Position numbers and translations under genes: made by a program. The notes beneath the pieces were generated by a model, which was given only the letters and a program-made list of their open reading frames with translations, ran no database searches and had not been told where the DNA came from. From Vairimorpha necatrix (taxonomy: Eukaryota), in assembly GCA_036630325.1 (NCBI GenBank), contig CP142731.1:868001-932000 (forward strand): a DNA stretch of 64,000 nucleotides, read 5' to 3'. Every line of letters begins with the position of its first letter. Positions within the stretch are counted from its first letter, which is position 1. Shown here one piece after another: positions 36,558 to 49,448 of the stretch.

Positions 36558-39473
36558 TGGCGAACACAAGGATGAACAGGGAAACAAGAGAGTCCCGTAG
36601 TCAAGAGACTAGAACATTAGAGAAAGAAACAATTAGGATAGATAAGAGACTAAAGTTAATATTGAAAGTTGAGTGGAAAGATGTTATGGATTTGGCATCT
36701 GCGAACTTGCAGGATTATATTTTTGAAAATTTTTGTGACGGAAGGAGCAGTTGGGAGGAAATTTATAAAGGCTTACAAAAATGAGCAGAATTTGAGAGAG
36801 AGTCAGAAGAAAGACAAGAAATGATTAAAGAGATTATGGATAAAGTGTTGAAAGAGTTTAGGGAAGAAAGAAAAGAAAATCTTAGGATGTATAGGAAAAG
36901 AAGAGAAATCAGAGAAACTACAAAATGTTTTATATGTAAGAAAGAAGGGCATTACGCTAGAGAATGTCATGAAAGTGTAGCTGGTAGGGAAAAATATAAA
37001 ATTAAAAAGGAACAAGTTTTACAGAAAGAACCAATTATCAACAATGAAGGGAAAAGATGTAAAACAGTAAATAAGTTAGAAAATTTAATTGAAAAGTATC
37101 CGGAAGTTTTTAAAGAATCAGAAGAAAAGATAAAATATCTCACAGGAGAGAAGTGTCCAATAAATACTAAGCAAGGTGAAAAGGTTGTGAAAAGAGGGCA
37201 GAATGTGCCATACTACCTTAGGGTGAAATTTGAGGAGTACTTGAATAAGTTGGAAAATAGAGGGGTTATAAGACGTTCCAAAAGTGAGTGGAGGAGTCCA
37301 ATAAGAGCACTTGAAAAACCAAATGGGGACGTAAGATTGGTAAGCAATTTGATGGCGTTAAACGATTTGGTTGACAAGGACCCGTACTCACTACCGTTAA
37401 TTAAGGATATTATGAGAGCCACACAGGGGTCAAAAGTATTTACGGTTATCGACTTAAAAGAAGGGTTTTATCATATTGAGATTGAGGAGCACCATAAGCA
37501 CAAAACAGCATTGGAAGTGAATGGTCGAGTATACGAATGGAATAGTATGGTTATGGGGTTTAAGAATTCGCCTCATATAATGCAGAGAGTAATGAACAGA
37601 GTTTTAGATGAATTCAGAGGTAAAGGCGTGGAAGTATATATGGATGATATAGTTATTCATGGTAAAGACGTAAGAGTGCATGACGAGTTACTAGAGAGGG
37701 TAATTAAAAAGTTTAAAGAGTGTGGGTTGAGAATAAACCAAACAAAGATACAATACAAAAAAGATGAGGTGATGTTGCTGGGAGTAACAATTAATGGGGA
37801 GGTCATGGGACCGAATGAGATTAAAAAGCAGGAGACATTGGAATATAGAAAACCTGAGAATGTTAGAGAGTTAAGAAGATTTTTAGGACTAACTGGTTGG
37901 TTTAGAGACTTTATTCCCAACTATGCGTATAGAACAGTAAGGCTTACTGAGGCTTTAAAGAAAGATGTTAAGTGGAATTGGACGGAGGATATGGAAAGAG
38001 CTTTTGAGGATATGAAGCAAGGCTTGAGAGATATGAAAAAGTTGAAGATTCCGGACGGAAAAAAGCTATTTAGAGTAAGAACTGATGCGTGTGATACGGG
38101 GATCGGAGCAATTCTATTACAAGAAAATAAAGAGGGTGAGTGGATTCCGATACAATGGGCATCGAAAATGTTGACTCCTACCGAGCGAAGATATACGATA
38201 AGTGAGAAGGAGATGTTGGCGGTGTTTTTTTGGAATAAAGAAGTTTGAAAGTGATTTGAGAGGAAGGAAATTTCATTTGATGACGGATCATAAAGCATTA
38301 GCAGAGATCAGAAATAAGCCATACTTCAATAATAACAGAATAAACAGATGGGTAGAACAGATACAAGAGTTTGACTTTACAATAGAGTATGTGAAAGGGG
38401 AGTTGATGACAGATGCAGATGCGTTAAGTAGGCAGTATGATCAGGTAGAAGTTTCGGATGAACAAAAAGAAAAGGACAACAAGAGAAAAGAAGTGATCGA
38501 AAAACAAATTTTGGGAAAAAAGCAGAAACATATTAAAGAAAAGGACGGTAAACAGTATTGGGAATTTTCCACAGGTGAGGTGAAAGAGATATTGAGCCTA
38601 GATAGTAGAGAACATGAAATAACAAGAGTACATGAGGAGTTAAACCATAGAGGTGTCAAAGGCACTTATTATAACATTAAACAAAGATGGTATTGGCCTG
38701 GTATGAAAGATCATATTAATAAGGTAATTAAGAATTGTGAAATATGTGGGATTAACAATAGGAAAAACACAGGAGGATGTGATTTCGTAGTAACTAGAAA
38801 GAAATTGGAGAAAGTGGCGTTGGATTTAATGGACATAGGTGGAGAGAATAGGTATGTGTTACTGGGTATTGATTACTTTACTAGAAGGTTATGGGGTTCG
38901 AATTTGAGATGTAAAGAGAGTAGTGAAGTTATAGAGGTATTACAAAAGTGGATAAGGGAAGATGGATTTCCAGAGGAATATGTGACAGACAACGGAAAAG
39001 AGTTTGTAAGTAATAGATTTAAAGAATGGTGTAGTATTAATGATATTAAACATAGGAAAGTGGGCTTAGAAGCTCATAGGAGTAATGGTAGAATCGAGAG
39101 ATGCATCAGAACTATAAGAGAGACATTGATAAAGCAAAATGATGGGAATATTTCTGAAAAGATAGAAAGAGCAATCAAAGGATATAATAATACACTACAT
39201 ACAGCAATAAAATGTACGCCGATGGAAGCGTGGAGAGATCAAACTGCTGAAGTTATAATTGAAAATGATGAAAATGGAAAATATGCTGGTCGGTTCAAGA
39301 GAAGACACAGAGAGACATTTACAGTAGGCCAAGAGGTAAGAATCGCTAGGAGAGAAAATTTAGGTACACGTGCGAAAACAGACAAGGGAAGATTCACGGG
39401 TCGCGGAAGGATCGTAGCTATAAGTGAAAATGATTCATATATTGTGAGACTACTGGATGGTAAAATTGTATAA
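36557..39473 (+). pseudogene. Interrupted gag-pol polyprotein (CCHC knuckle, RT, RNase H, integrase)
   Basis: CFICKKEGHYAREC knuckle; RT IDLKEGFYH and YMDD; RNase H TDAC and EKEMLAV; integrase HHCC and TDNGKEF...NGRIER. In-frame TGA at 36782-36784 and a frame break at the T7 run 38225-38231. Confidence 0.88.
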
Positions 39474-39547
39474 AGAGGCATTATGATTTGAAAGAGATAA
39501 GGAAGAGTTGTTTAGAAGATGGAGAGACTACCCGTCTGGAGGGGGAA

Positions 39548-39585
39548 TGTAGGGTTTAGAACCCTTAATAAATAAATGGTTAACA
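39548..39585 (+). repeat. 3' LTR (38 bp)
   Basis: Identical to the 5' LTR, preceded by the PPT and followed by TSD TAGAA (39586-39590). Confidence 0.92.
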
Positions 39586-40093
39586 TAGAATAAGATATAG
39601 TAAAAAATTTAATCTGAACCATTTAATATATTGTAAATGTTCCCAGCGGACTATATTTTTTAATACAAAAACGTATCAAATTAGATACTATATACGTTGC
39701 AAAATAAGCCTCAAATCCCGAAACTATAGATAAATTGTGCAGATTTTAATAAAGAAACCAAGTTTGTGTTAAATAAATATGGCGTAAAAAAAATGTTTCT
39801 ATTTACTAGTTTATACCTTTCATTTTTCGTTGCCAGTCTATGTATAAAGACTAAAATATTCTTTTAGTGAAGATATACAACATTACAAAAATCGTGAAAT
39901 TTAATTCTTTTTATGAACAAACCAATAACGAATAATACAGTATAAGTATATAGAATCAATTTATAAAAATGTACTTAATGTAAAGATCTTTAATTTTTTC
40001 GTTTCAAAAAAAAAAATAAAATCTAATGATTTTTATTTACAAAATGATCGAAAGTATAAATATAAATTTTAAGCCACCGTATATTCTGAATGC

Positions 40094-40915
40094 TTATACA
40101 ACTTCGGATGTTCCATTAATTATTCTGCGTTTTTTTATTTTTCTGATAATATTTGTTCTAATTAAGAAAAATATTACTATTAAAGTATAACTAACTTCTA
40201 ATAGATAAATTAGAATCAATCGGTATACCTTATAAAAGCATAATAATACGATAATCGTAGACAATCCAAAGATCCACACAGATGCTATCACAATATAGGA
40301 AAAAATAAAAGAATTTTCTCTTTTGATATGGCTCTTTGAAACAAAATAATCAATTGTTAAGAATGCCAAATTTATAATATGAAATGTATAAAATTCTAGC
40401 TCTTCTTTTGTAAAAAAATCTTGCATCGCATAGAAAAATTCCCAAATTAACGTTACTTTCTTGCTTGTATTAATCAACTCTTCGACAATATATAGTTTAA
40501 ATTCTAAATAATCAGTACTAGCTCGTTTATTATACAAATGAAAAACTACATCATTATCTTCATTCATTGTAAGTGCCAAAAAAACAATTGTTATACAATC
40601 AACCACGATTCCTAATATAATTTCTGCGTTCCATTCATTTATTATACCTAAACAAATAACAAATAACAGGGAAAATCCTCTACAAAGCAAAATTTGCAAT
40701 CTAAAAGCAATACTTTTTATAAAGTAAAATCCCGAATAAAATGCCATTTCAAAAATAAATAAAATTTTCGTGAAAATTAATAAGTATTTTGACAATAATA
40801 TCTCAGAACCGTTTTGTTGTTGAGTATGATTTAACGAATAATTGGTGATAAACATGTCTAAAATAATGCTCGTAAAATACAGTGTCAGATAAATCATATG
40901 CTCTATAAATTTCAT
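40094..40915 (-). CDS. Multi-pass membrane protein (subfamily A), 273 aa
   Basis: Start moved from 40975 to 40915 because of the CCCAAAA-ATG context and alignment with paralogs (MKFIEH). Confidence 0.9.
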   Translation of the reverse strand: MKFIEHMIYLTLYFTSIILDMFITNYSLNHTQQQNGSEILLSKYLLIFTKILFIFEMAFYSGFYFIKSIAFRLQILLCRGFSLLFVICLGIINEWNAEIILGIVVDCITIVFLALTMNEDNDVVFHLYNKRASTDYLEFKLYIVEELINTSKKVTLIWEFFYAMQDFFTKEELEFYTFHIINLAFLTIDYFVSKSHIKRENSFIFSYIVIASVWIFGLSTIIVLLCFYKVYRLILIYLLEVSYTLIVIFFLIRTNIIRKIKKRRIINGTSEVV

Positions 40916-42201
40916 TTTTGGGGATATTTTAAAATAAATCGTTTGTAAGTAATATAAACAAAATAAAATGGCCATTATGCTTTCAATTCTATTTATTCAA
41001 CGATTTTTTCATAATATACAATTCGTTTATAATATTTAATTTCTACACAATCATACCAGCGTAATATTAATTTGGGCCAAGTTTACAAATAAAAAATTTA
41101 AAAAGTGAGATGATCTTTACAAATGGTCCATGACGACACGCCGACGTGTTGCGCGTTGAAATAAGTGACATTTCCGAACAAAATTTAGAATCAGCCTTGA
41201 AAACATTCTATGGATTCAGGAGTCTTATTTTGAATTTATATGAACATGTATTACTATTGGGAAATTTTCAGGTGTTTACTTTCTCAAAATGTTTTCTCTT
41301 TCAGAAATTGTACTTTATAATTTACACATAACGTTTACCCCATATTTTTTCAAAACTTATATCGAATGTGATTCCAATGCATTAAATTCGTCTAATTGAT
41401 TCTTGTGCATATTATTTCAATTTCTAAAAATTAACTATAAAATATTCGGAAGCATTGATAAAAATTTAGTCGTATAAATTTACTTGAGCGTATAGAATTT
41501 CAAATAACTATATTTGTTTATTATTTGTATATAATTTTTTGTAAACAGAAAAAAATCATAATTAAAAAATTTTTTCTATAAAATATTTAAATTTTATATT
41601 ATTGTTTATCAATCTCAACTTTTGCCTGTACATGAAAAATAATCTACATTGCTTTTCGCTAGGAGTGTTAAGTTTATTTATATTATTGATTGTAGTTCGC
41701 GTGAAAATGTAAGAGAATAAGTTTTTTATGTGGTATATTAATGCCACAAATTAATAGGCATTGATTTATCTGTAATATTACAAGCAGTTATATTTTAATA
41801 TAATAATATTAGTAATTTGATATAATGCAGTGTACAAAATTTCCATAATTTATTTTTAGATTTAAAAATTTCAAATCTCATTTGAGTTTCTTTAAATAAA
41901 AAATTAGAATTTCAATAATAATTAGAAGATAAAATAGAAGAGTTTTAAAAAGGCACAAATAGCTAATACGAAAAAAAATAAGCACATACATGTAAAAATA
42001 AAAACTTACTAAAAATCCCTAGAATATTGTTCAAAATCATAATATTGTTCTTGACAAGTATAATATAACTAAATTTAATTAGTTATATTTTTTTACGTTT
42101 TTAATGTCATATATTGTCTAAAACTTTTATTTACGTATAAAAAAATTTATAAAGATGAGTTGACAACACAATTATATATCTATTATAATATGTATTTAAT
42201 A

Positions 42202-43038
42202 TTAACATTCACTCGGCATTTGAAGAGAATTGTTAATCTCATTACGTTCTTTTATTTGAGTAGTTATATTTAATCTGATTAAAAAAAATACCATTATCAA
42301 TGTAAAACAAAATTCCATTAAAAACACAATTATCAAACTTATTACATTAAAAAAAAATAAAAATAATATCAATGCTGACACCCCAGTAATCCATATGACA
42401 CCTAAAATAATATAAGAAAAGTAATAAATGTTTTTTCTATCTATTCTACTATTACAAAGAAAATAATCTACAACTAGACCTATAAAATTAAAAATATGAA
42501 ATAATTGTAGTTCGTTTTGTTCATGTAAACAAATATCACGCATAATTAAAAATGTTGCACATATCAAGCTTGTTTTTTTGCCTGTGTTTATCATTTCGTC
42601 AATAATGTATAGCTTGAATTCTAGAAAATCTACTCCTGCTCTTTTGTTATATAAATGATAAAGCACGTCATTGGCTTGATTCATTGAAAGCATCAAAAAA
42701 ATCAAAGTAACACAATGTAATATTATTGAAATTACGATTTTCGTAACGTCTTTGATTAAGATACCAATAAAAATTACAAATATCAATGAAAAACACCTAC
42801 AGACCATAATTTGAAGTCTGTATGTAATTTTTCTTATAAAATAAAATCCCGAATAAAAGCCAATCTCCATAATTAATAAAATTTTTGTTAATGACAATAG
42901 ATACTTAGACATTAAAAATCTACATTCTTTGTTTTTACATGGCCGAAATTGAGTAAGTGCGGATTTTGTTATTGACATATCCAAAAATAAATTCGCAAAA
43001 TACAAGCCAATATAAATAATATGCTTTGAATACTTCAT
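42202..43038 (-). CDS. Multi-pass membrane protein (subfamily B), 278 aa
   Basis: Intact ORF, CCCATAA before ATG, family motifs, CKNKEC in the first loop. Confidence 0.9.
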   Translation of the reverse strand: MKYSKHIIYIGLYFANLFLDMSITKSALTQFRPCKNKECRFLMSKYLLSLTKILLIMEIGFYSGFYFIRKITYRLQIMVCRCFSLIFVIFIGILIKDVTKIVISIILHCVTLIFLMLSMNQANDVLYHLYNKRAGVDFLEFKLYIIDEMINTGKKTSLICATFLIMRDICLHEQNELQLFHIFNFIGLVVDYFLCNSRIDRKNIYYFSYIILGVIWITGVSALILFLFFFNVISLIIVFLMEFCFTLIMVFFLIRLNITTQIKERNEINNSLQMPSEC

Positions 43039-46000
43039 TTATGGGTATTGAAAAATCGGTTTTTATAAATGTTTGTGTTTATATTGAATGTATGTTTGAT
43101 TGAAAAAATATTTTTTAAAACAATTATTATTAATTTAAAAATAATAAGAATAAATTTTACAGATAAACAAAAAGTATTAGAATTAATATATAATTTTTTC
43201 TCAAAGCAAAAGCTTAAGGAGTTTGTTTAGAATATATATTAGTATTAATCAATAAATATTGTGAAAATATATTATTTTCCTGTAAAAACTTTTATAATTT
43301 GATCATGCATGATTGACAGGTGATAGAAGTAACATATACAACAAACAATTAAATATTGAACTATTTTTTTGACAGAAAAATTTATAGCTTGTGAGTATGA
43401 CGCATAAAAGACTATTAAGAAATTTGTAAATAATTAGTACAAACCGATTGATAATTATTTTAAGGCTTTACACATAATTTGCATCTATATGTTTTCAAAA
43501 TGCAAACGCTTTATGCAATAGGAAGAAGTATGTTTACAAAATACAATAGCTCTTAAAACTTATAGTCTGTGTGAGTTTGTGATTGGAGAATAAAAATTAG
43601 TTAAACATTAAATTGCGACAAAGTTTATAATATTAAACAAGAAAGAGACTTTTTTAAGCAATATGTTCATATTAAATAAAGACTTGTGGGTTGGCGAGAA
43701 TTTAAAAACATATATCAAAATGAATTTTGTCATACAAAAATTATAAAAAGTTTATGAAACAATTAATAAGAGTATTTAGAAGATAAAGGGAAATCTTTTC
43801 TTTTTTATGGCATAAATGCTTGAATTCAACTTAAAAACTAGGGCATTATGAAAATAGCTACAGGTCAGCAAAGTGAAATGTCAAGAATTTTTATATAAGA
43901 AATAATTAGAAAAATTTGTTATATCGTGGAATTTGGTTTCATTAGTCTGAAAAGAGTCTGAGATATACATAGCATTTAAATTTCTTCATCTTCATATCCT
44001 TAGTGGCATATTATCTCATGTGTATGTAATTGAGAAAGTCCAGTATATTTCCCTAAAACATAGCAGGCAAAAGAGGAGAATATTTATTTACAGTGTTTTC
44101 TAGTCTCCGGGGCAATCTTAATACCGTTAGAGATCTTTTCTTCAACAATATATATTTGAAAGCTTTATTTTAAAAAGTGATAAATCTTACAACATTTATT
44201 TTTTTTAATTCAAACGAGTTTTAACTATAATTGGCCATAATTCGAAATTGATATTGAATAAAATATTTAATTAATTGATTGAATAAAAACACAAAATATT
44301 TAAGCATAAACTTAAACAAAATATTAGTTTAACATTAAAAACTAAATACAATAATAATAATGCGATTCATTTCCGGTTGTTAATTATGTAATTCACTTTT
44401 TGTATGAATATTATATATCTCTATCACTTCTTGACAGTGATAAATATTAGAATACTATCATAAAAAACAAAAACACCATTAAAAGATTATCTTTTCGTTG
44501 ATTCCTTAAACATAAACTTATTTAATCAATTTTTTTATGAATGCATAAAAACAATGCTAAACTTTTTTTGTAGAACTTTTGTTTATAATAATTTTTCTGG
44601 TTTTTTTAAAGTTATCTATAAGTTTATCATTTTTCTTTATAATATTCTCTACTTTAGCGATATGCATTTATAAAAGTTCACCTCTTCATAAATTCATTTT
44701 TTTATAAAGTGAACAGTTTTGTAAGTAAACAAATTTTTGTAAGATTAAATTTTAACTGTTGTTTGAGAAGTTTTTTTTATTTTTGTGGTCTTTTGATTCT
44801 ATGAAATCACATGTAATATATATTGAATACTCTCAGTCTTGCAACCATGGCTTAAACAGAGGTAATACTCAAAACTATTTTTTCTATTTTAAAATATTTA
44901 TTGTAATATAAAGAAGATCTACTATTATAACTATAATTGTTTAATGACTTCAGATCTATAAAAAATATATCTTTTGCAAAGTCTATCTAATTAAAGTCTT
45001 ATTGTGGTACACAGACGTACATCAAAGTACATATTGCCTATTATAAAAAGCAAGTTAAATTTATAATTTTGTTATACCAATCTAAAACGTTTCAGAGTCT
45101 ATAGTTACATTGATCAGTTATGTATTTCTCTTTAGATCAAAGAAAAGGATAAGACCTTGAAATATAATTTGAAGAAAGCAATATTAAAAATAAACTGTTT
45201 TGTCATTAAATAAAAGTAAAAGACGAAAAATAAAGAAGAAAGCTTGTTTTTTACTGGTCTATTACGTGATTCGAAGTTTAAAACTAGTGATGGCCCACTG
45301 AGATTTAAAAGAAGTAAACTCAAAAAAAAAAATATGAAATGCACTTTCTGTTTGATTACATACATTTTTATTGTCTTTTAAATGTTTATAAATAGTACTC
45401 AAAAATATCAAAAAAACAAAACAAGTTTACTTAAAATTAATTGATTCATTAGTTTCTTTAGGTACTATTAATAACACGTCAATCTTGGTGTCACATTTTT
45501 CTTCCATTTAAATGGATTCTCTCTCATTGTAATATTCATCAAAAAATAATAGGCCAAGTTTGAATGTAAAAAATGTTAAGATTATAAACACTAAAATGTT
45601 TAAAATAAGAAAGACAGAATCTAAAAACTCATTATAATTTTGAATAGGCTGTAGGTATGTATAATTTTTCGGATCACTCATACCCCTGAAAACTTATTTT
45701 TTTTATATAGCATAAATTTTAATTAAAAGTAAAACTAGTCTGTAAAGCATTTAGTATAACTTTATTCGTCTCTGATAAAATTAAGATGTCCTGTATTTTA
45801 TTTCAATTTTGACATGCATCACAAAATATTTTTTAAAAAACTTTGAAAAAAAATTTACAATAAAAAATGCTTTTCCTCTAAAGTGATAAAAACAAGACTT
45901 CTTATCGCCTGAATAATAAGTATTACGTTCTTTGGCCGTCCATGAGACAACATGCTAGCTTTTTCTTGATTAGCAAGTATTATAGTTTTTGTAATAGTAC

Positions 46001-47070
46001 ACAAAGTTTTGAATTTTATAATATTAGTAAAATCGAAGTAATTTAAAAAGCTTCTTTATTTGAATACCTAGTCTACATAACATTTTTATAGATTCATAAA
46101 CTCCTAAAAAAATATCTATTCTAGTCTTTATTGACACAAAAATGCGGACATAAAACAAAAACATATATTAAAGATCGCATAATGACATATAGGTGGATGC
46201 TGAAGCATTAGAAAGAACCTTGTTACCACTTGCATATGCACAATTAATTTGTATATAAGGAGATATAACGCATTATTAATACATACTTCGTAAAAAATCT
46301 TGATTAATCAAGTAAATGTATTAATTTTATACTCAATATAAGTATAAGCTAGTATTTATACTTTTTAGAAAAAAATTACATTAATTTGTAATTTATCATA
46401 TTATTGAAAAAATAGCAATTTTTTTAAAACGTACACTAACCTTTGATTTTACATAAAAATTTGGCTAAAGTAAACATTAGCTACAAAAATCGATATAAGG
46501 GGTTTTTTGTTATTTTTTTGATCCTTTTTTCGAAAATGGAGGAAAGAAAATGTTAAGGAAAAATTAAAAATAAAAAAAATTAAATAAATATGTATCAATA
46601 CAACATACGGTAAAAAAGAATTTTTATAAACATCTTATACTCCATAAACATTCTGTTTTATATTTTCTAAATGACAATAGTAGTACTTAGTTCAATATTT
46701 TCGAACGTTTAGTAAAATATCTTATTTGATTAGAGAAGAAAATAAATATAAATCATTTGAATATTATTAAAATTCTATTTAATTCACAACTATACCAAAA
46801 GTGATAAACCAGTCAAAATTTAAGGTGTTTGTTAATTCTGTATAAATAATCATAACCCTTAAAAAAGTGCAATTATCAAATTAAATATTGTACACTTTGT
46901 TACGTTTTAGACTAAAGAATTATTTAATTGGAGTTTTCTAATTCTTCTCTTTTCCAAATTTTTTCCTCCGTTTTTATTAAAAGCGGCAAAAAAGAACAAC
47001 TAAACCCATATATCGATTTTTTATAGCTTATGTTTACTTTAGCCAAAAATTTAAATAAAATTTTTATTCA

Positions 47071-47922
47071 TTAGTCAAAAAATATGTTCAGTCCCTCTGT
47101 ATCAACTTGAGACAATTTAAATTCGTCACGATTTTTAATTTTGTTGGTTATTTTGATTTTTACTATATAAAATAATACTATTAATGAATAACAAGCTTCC
47201 AAAATAAACAACAAACTCGTACAAATGAAATCATAGAAGAAGGAAAAGACGATTATAGCAGACAATCCTAAACACCACATGAATATGAATATTATAAAAG
47301 AATAAAAGTTATATTTTTCTTTGTTGATTTTCATATTACAAAAAATATAATCCAAAGACAATACTATAAAATTTAAAAGATGAAAAATATAAAATTCTTG
47401 CTTGTTTTGTGCAAATATATCTTTGACAACTAAAAAACTTAACCATATCAATGTTGCCTTTTTGCCTGTACTTATCATTTCATCAAAAATAAAACGATTA
47501 ATTTCTAAAAAATCAAGACCGGCTCTTTTATTATATGCATGATACAATATATCGTTATTCTGATTTGTAGTTATCGATATAAAAACTAAAGTTACACAAT
47601 GTAATATAATAGATAAATTAATTTTTATGGTGAATTTACAAATTAATCCCATAAAAACTATAAAAACAAGAGAAAATGTTTTACAAATTCTAAGATTGGA
47701 ACGATATCCTATTCTTTTTATGAAATGAAATCCTGAATAAAATCCCATTTCCATGATATAAAAAATTTTTGTGAATGTTAATAAATATTTTGACATTAAC
47801 AACTTGCATTCAGCTCTCCCACATGGATGTAATTTGCCTATTGAGGATTTTGTGATTAACATATCTAAAATTAAACTAAATGTATATAATGAAATATAAA
47901 TTAAATGTTGTATATATTTCAT
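47071..47922 (-). CDS. Multi-pass membrane protein (subfamily C), 283 aa
   Basis: Intact ORF, CCCTAAA before ATG, family motifs, CGRAEC in the first loop. Confidence 0.9.
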   Translation of the reverse strand: MKYIQHLIYISLYTFSLILDMLITKSSIGKLHPCGRAECKLLMSKYLLTFTKIFYIMEMGFYSGFHFIKRIGYRSNLRICKTFSLVFIVFMGLICKFTIKINLSIILHCVTLVFISITTNQNNDILYHAYNKRAGLDFLEINRFIFDEMISTGKKATLIWLSFLVVKDIFAQNKQEFYIFHLLNFIVLSLDYIFCNMKINKEKYNFYSFIIFIFMWCLGLSAIIVFSFFYDFICTSLLFILEACYSLIVLFYIVKIKITNKIKNRDEFKLSQVDTEGLNIFFD

Positions 47923-49448
47923 TTTAGGGATACGTAAAAATCTATTTTATTAATATAAATTAAAATTAATTTTAATATTGATAAATTTGTGTTAATTTCT
48001 AAATATATTATATCTATAATCAGAGTGATATGGACATATCAAAAACAAAAACGTCATATGTAAACAAAGATAGTCATATTTATTATATACGCGATATGAT
48101 TAAACAAAAAAATAATATCAAATTGATAAATATTCATTTAATAAATCGTAAAAAATATTGTTCTAACGTAAATTAAAGTGCAAATAAACATTAAAGGAAC
48201 TGTCTACAAAGCTTTTAGACTATTTGTATCTGATTGTTACCATTTATGCTGTGATCTGCGTAGTTGTCCTATATTTTTTGTTTCAAATAGGTTTTTGTTC
48301 CAGATCTATAATCAATAACTATTCCTATTTTAAATTAGATTTTCTAATGTGTTTTATTAACATCATTGTATTCAAGCATTCTACCAGACAATGTTCCTGC
48401 ATTTTTGATTAATAAAATCAAAATTGTATAAAATATGTAAAAATTGCTTATATGAAAAAAATAATTTTATTTATATTTTAGTCGTTTTAAAATGATTATA
48501 TATTTTTTAGAATTTTTATATCTAATCGTAGATAAATTTCTTAAAAGACGGAAATTTTTTATGAAAAAGTCTAGATATTCGCTTAAGCAAAGTTTATTGA
48601 AAGTATAATAATGCATCAAAAAAAATTTCTAAAGAGTTACAAGAAAGCACCATCAGTATAACGTATTTAAAAAGCTTATATTTACTTGAAAAAATATGGA
48701 ATTAGATAAAGCACTGGTTTAGACCTTGGGTCTAACCATTTTATGAATTTACTTGTAAATAACCACATAAAGACTTTAAATATCTCAATTCTAAAAAAAT
48801 AAATCTAAAAAATCAAAAAACATTCTATAACTCTTATAAAAACTAAAGTTTATACTTTTGAAATTTGAAATGCAAAAATATGATGAAAAAGTTTAGTTTA
48901 TAAATATTGGTGAAAACTTCAGCATTTTTTAAAGTATCGTTCAAACTATAATCATTTTTTTAATAAAAACTCAGCAAATATATTTTTTTTCCTTAGAATA
49001 GATATGATACAACGAATTCGAGTGTTCATTAATTTTTTTCGTTAAAAATTCATTGCTTACGTCGGACATCGTTAAATAATAGTCTAAAAATATGTTACAA
49101 CAAAATAAAAAAACATTTAAGTTTTTCAAAATGATATTTGACTTCATTTCTTTTTTTTTAATATTAAATGATTATTTTGGTGTTTTTTTGTATGTAATCA
49201 TTTAATATTTTCATATATCGGTGAAAAAATTGCTACATCTATTGCCTTTTAATTATAAATCTATAAGAGTTTTGTTGTAATGGAGTATTATGATTTAAGC
49301 TCTAGTGGCCCATCTAAGGCTTTTTTTATAGCGCTATTCTTAAACATTCATTTTTTTAGAAACATAGCTTATATTAATCATTAATTTTATTTATAAAATT
49401 TTTTTAAGTATTTTTCTAATATTAAATATGTTATTTATTTGTCTAACC

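Larger units (their letters stand above)
36520..39585 (+). mobile_element. Ty3/Gypsy LTR retrotransposon, 3066 bp, with 38-bp LTRs
   Basis: Identical TG...CA repeats at 36520-36557 and 39548-39585, 5-bp TSD TAGAA, PBS-like TGGCGAAC at 36558, PPT GGAGGGGGAA at 39538-39547, RT-RNaseH-IN domain order. Confidence 0.93.
36080..48520. repeat. Segmental duplication, block B
   Basis: Colinear with ~12-24.3 kb; carries three intact family genes and the Gypsy insertion. Boundaries approximate. Confidence 0.85.

Noticed and set aside
36803..39481. Antisense ORFs over Gypsy pol (similar ones over MULE, Ginger and eIF2-gamma)
   Set aside because: Shadow frames of genuine coding strands.
40916..40975. 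20-aa N-terminal extension of the 293-aa ORF
   Set aside because: Paralogs start at the downstream CCC-ATG.
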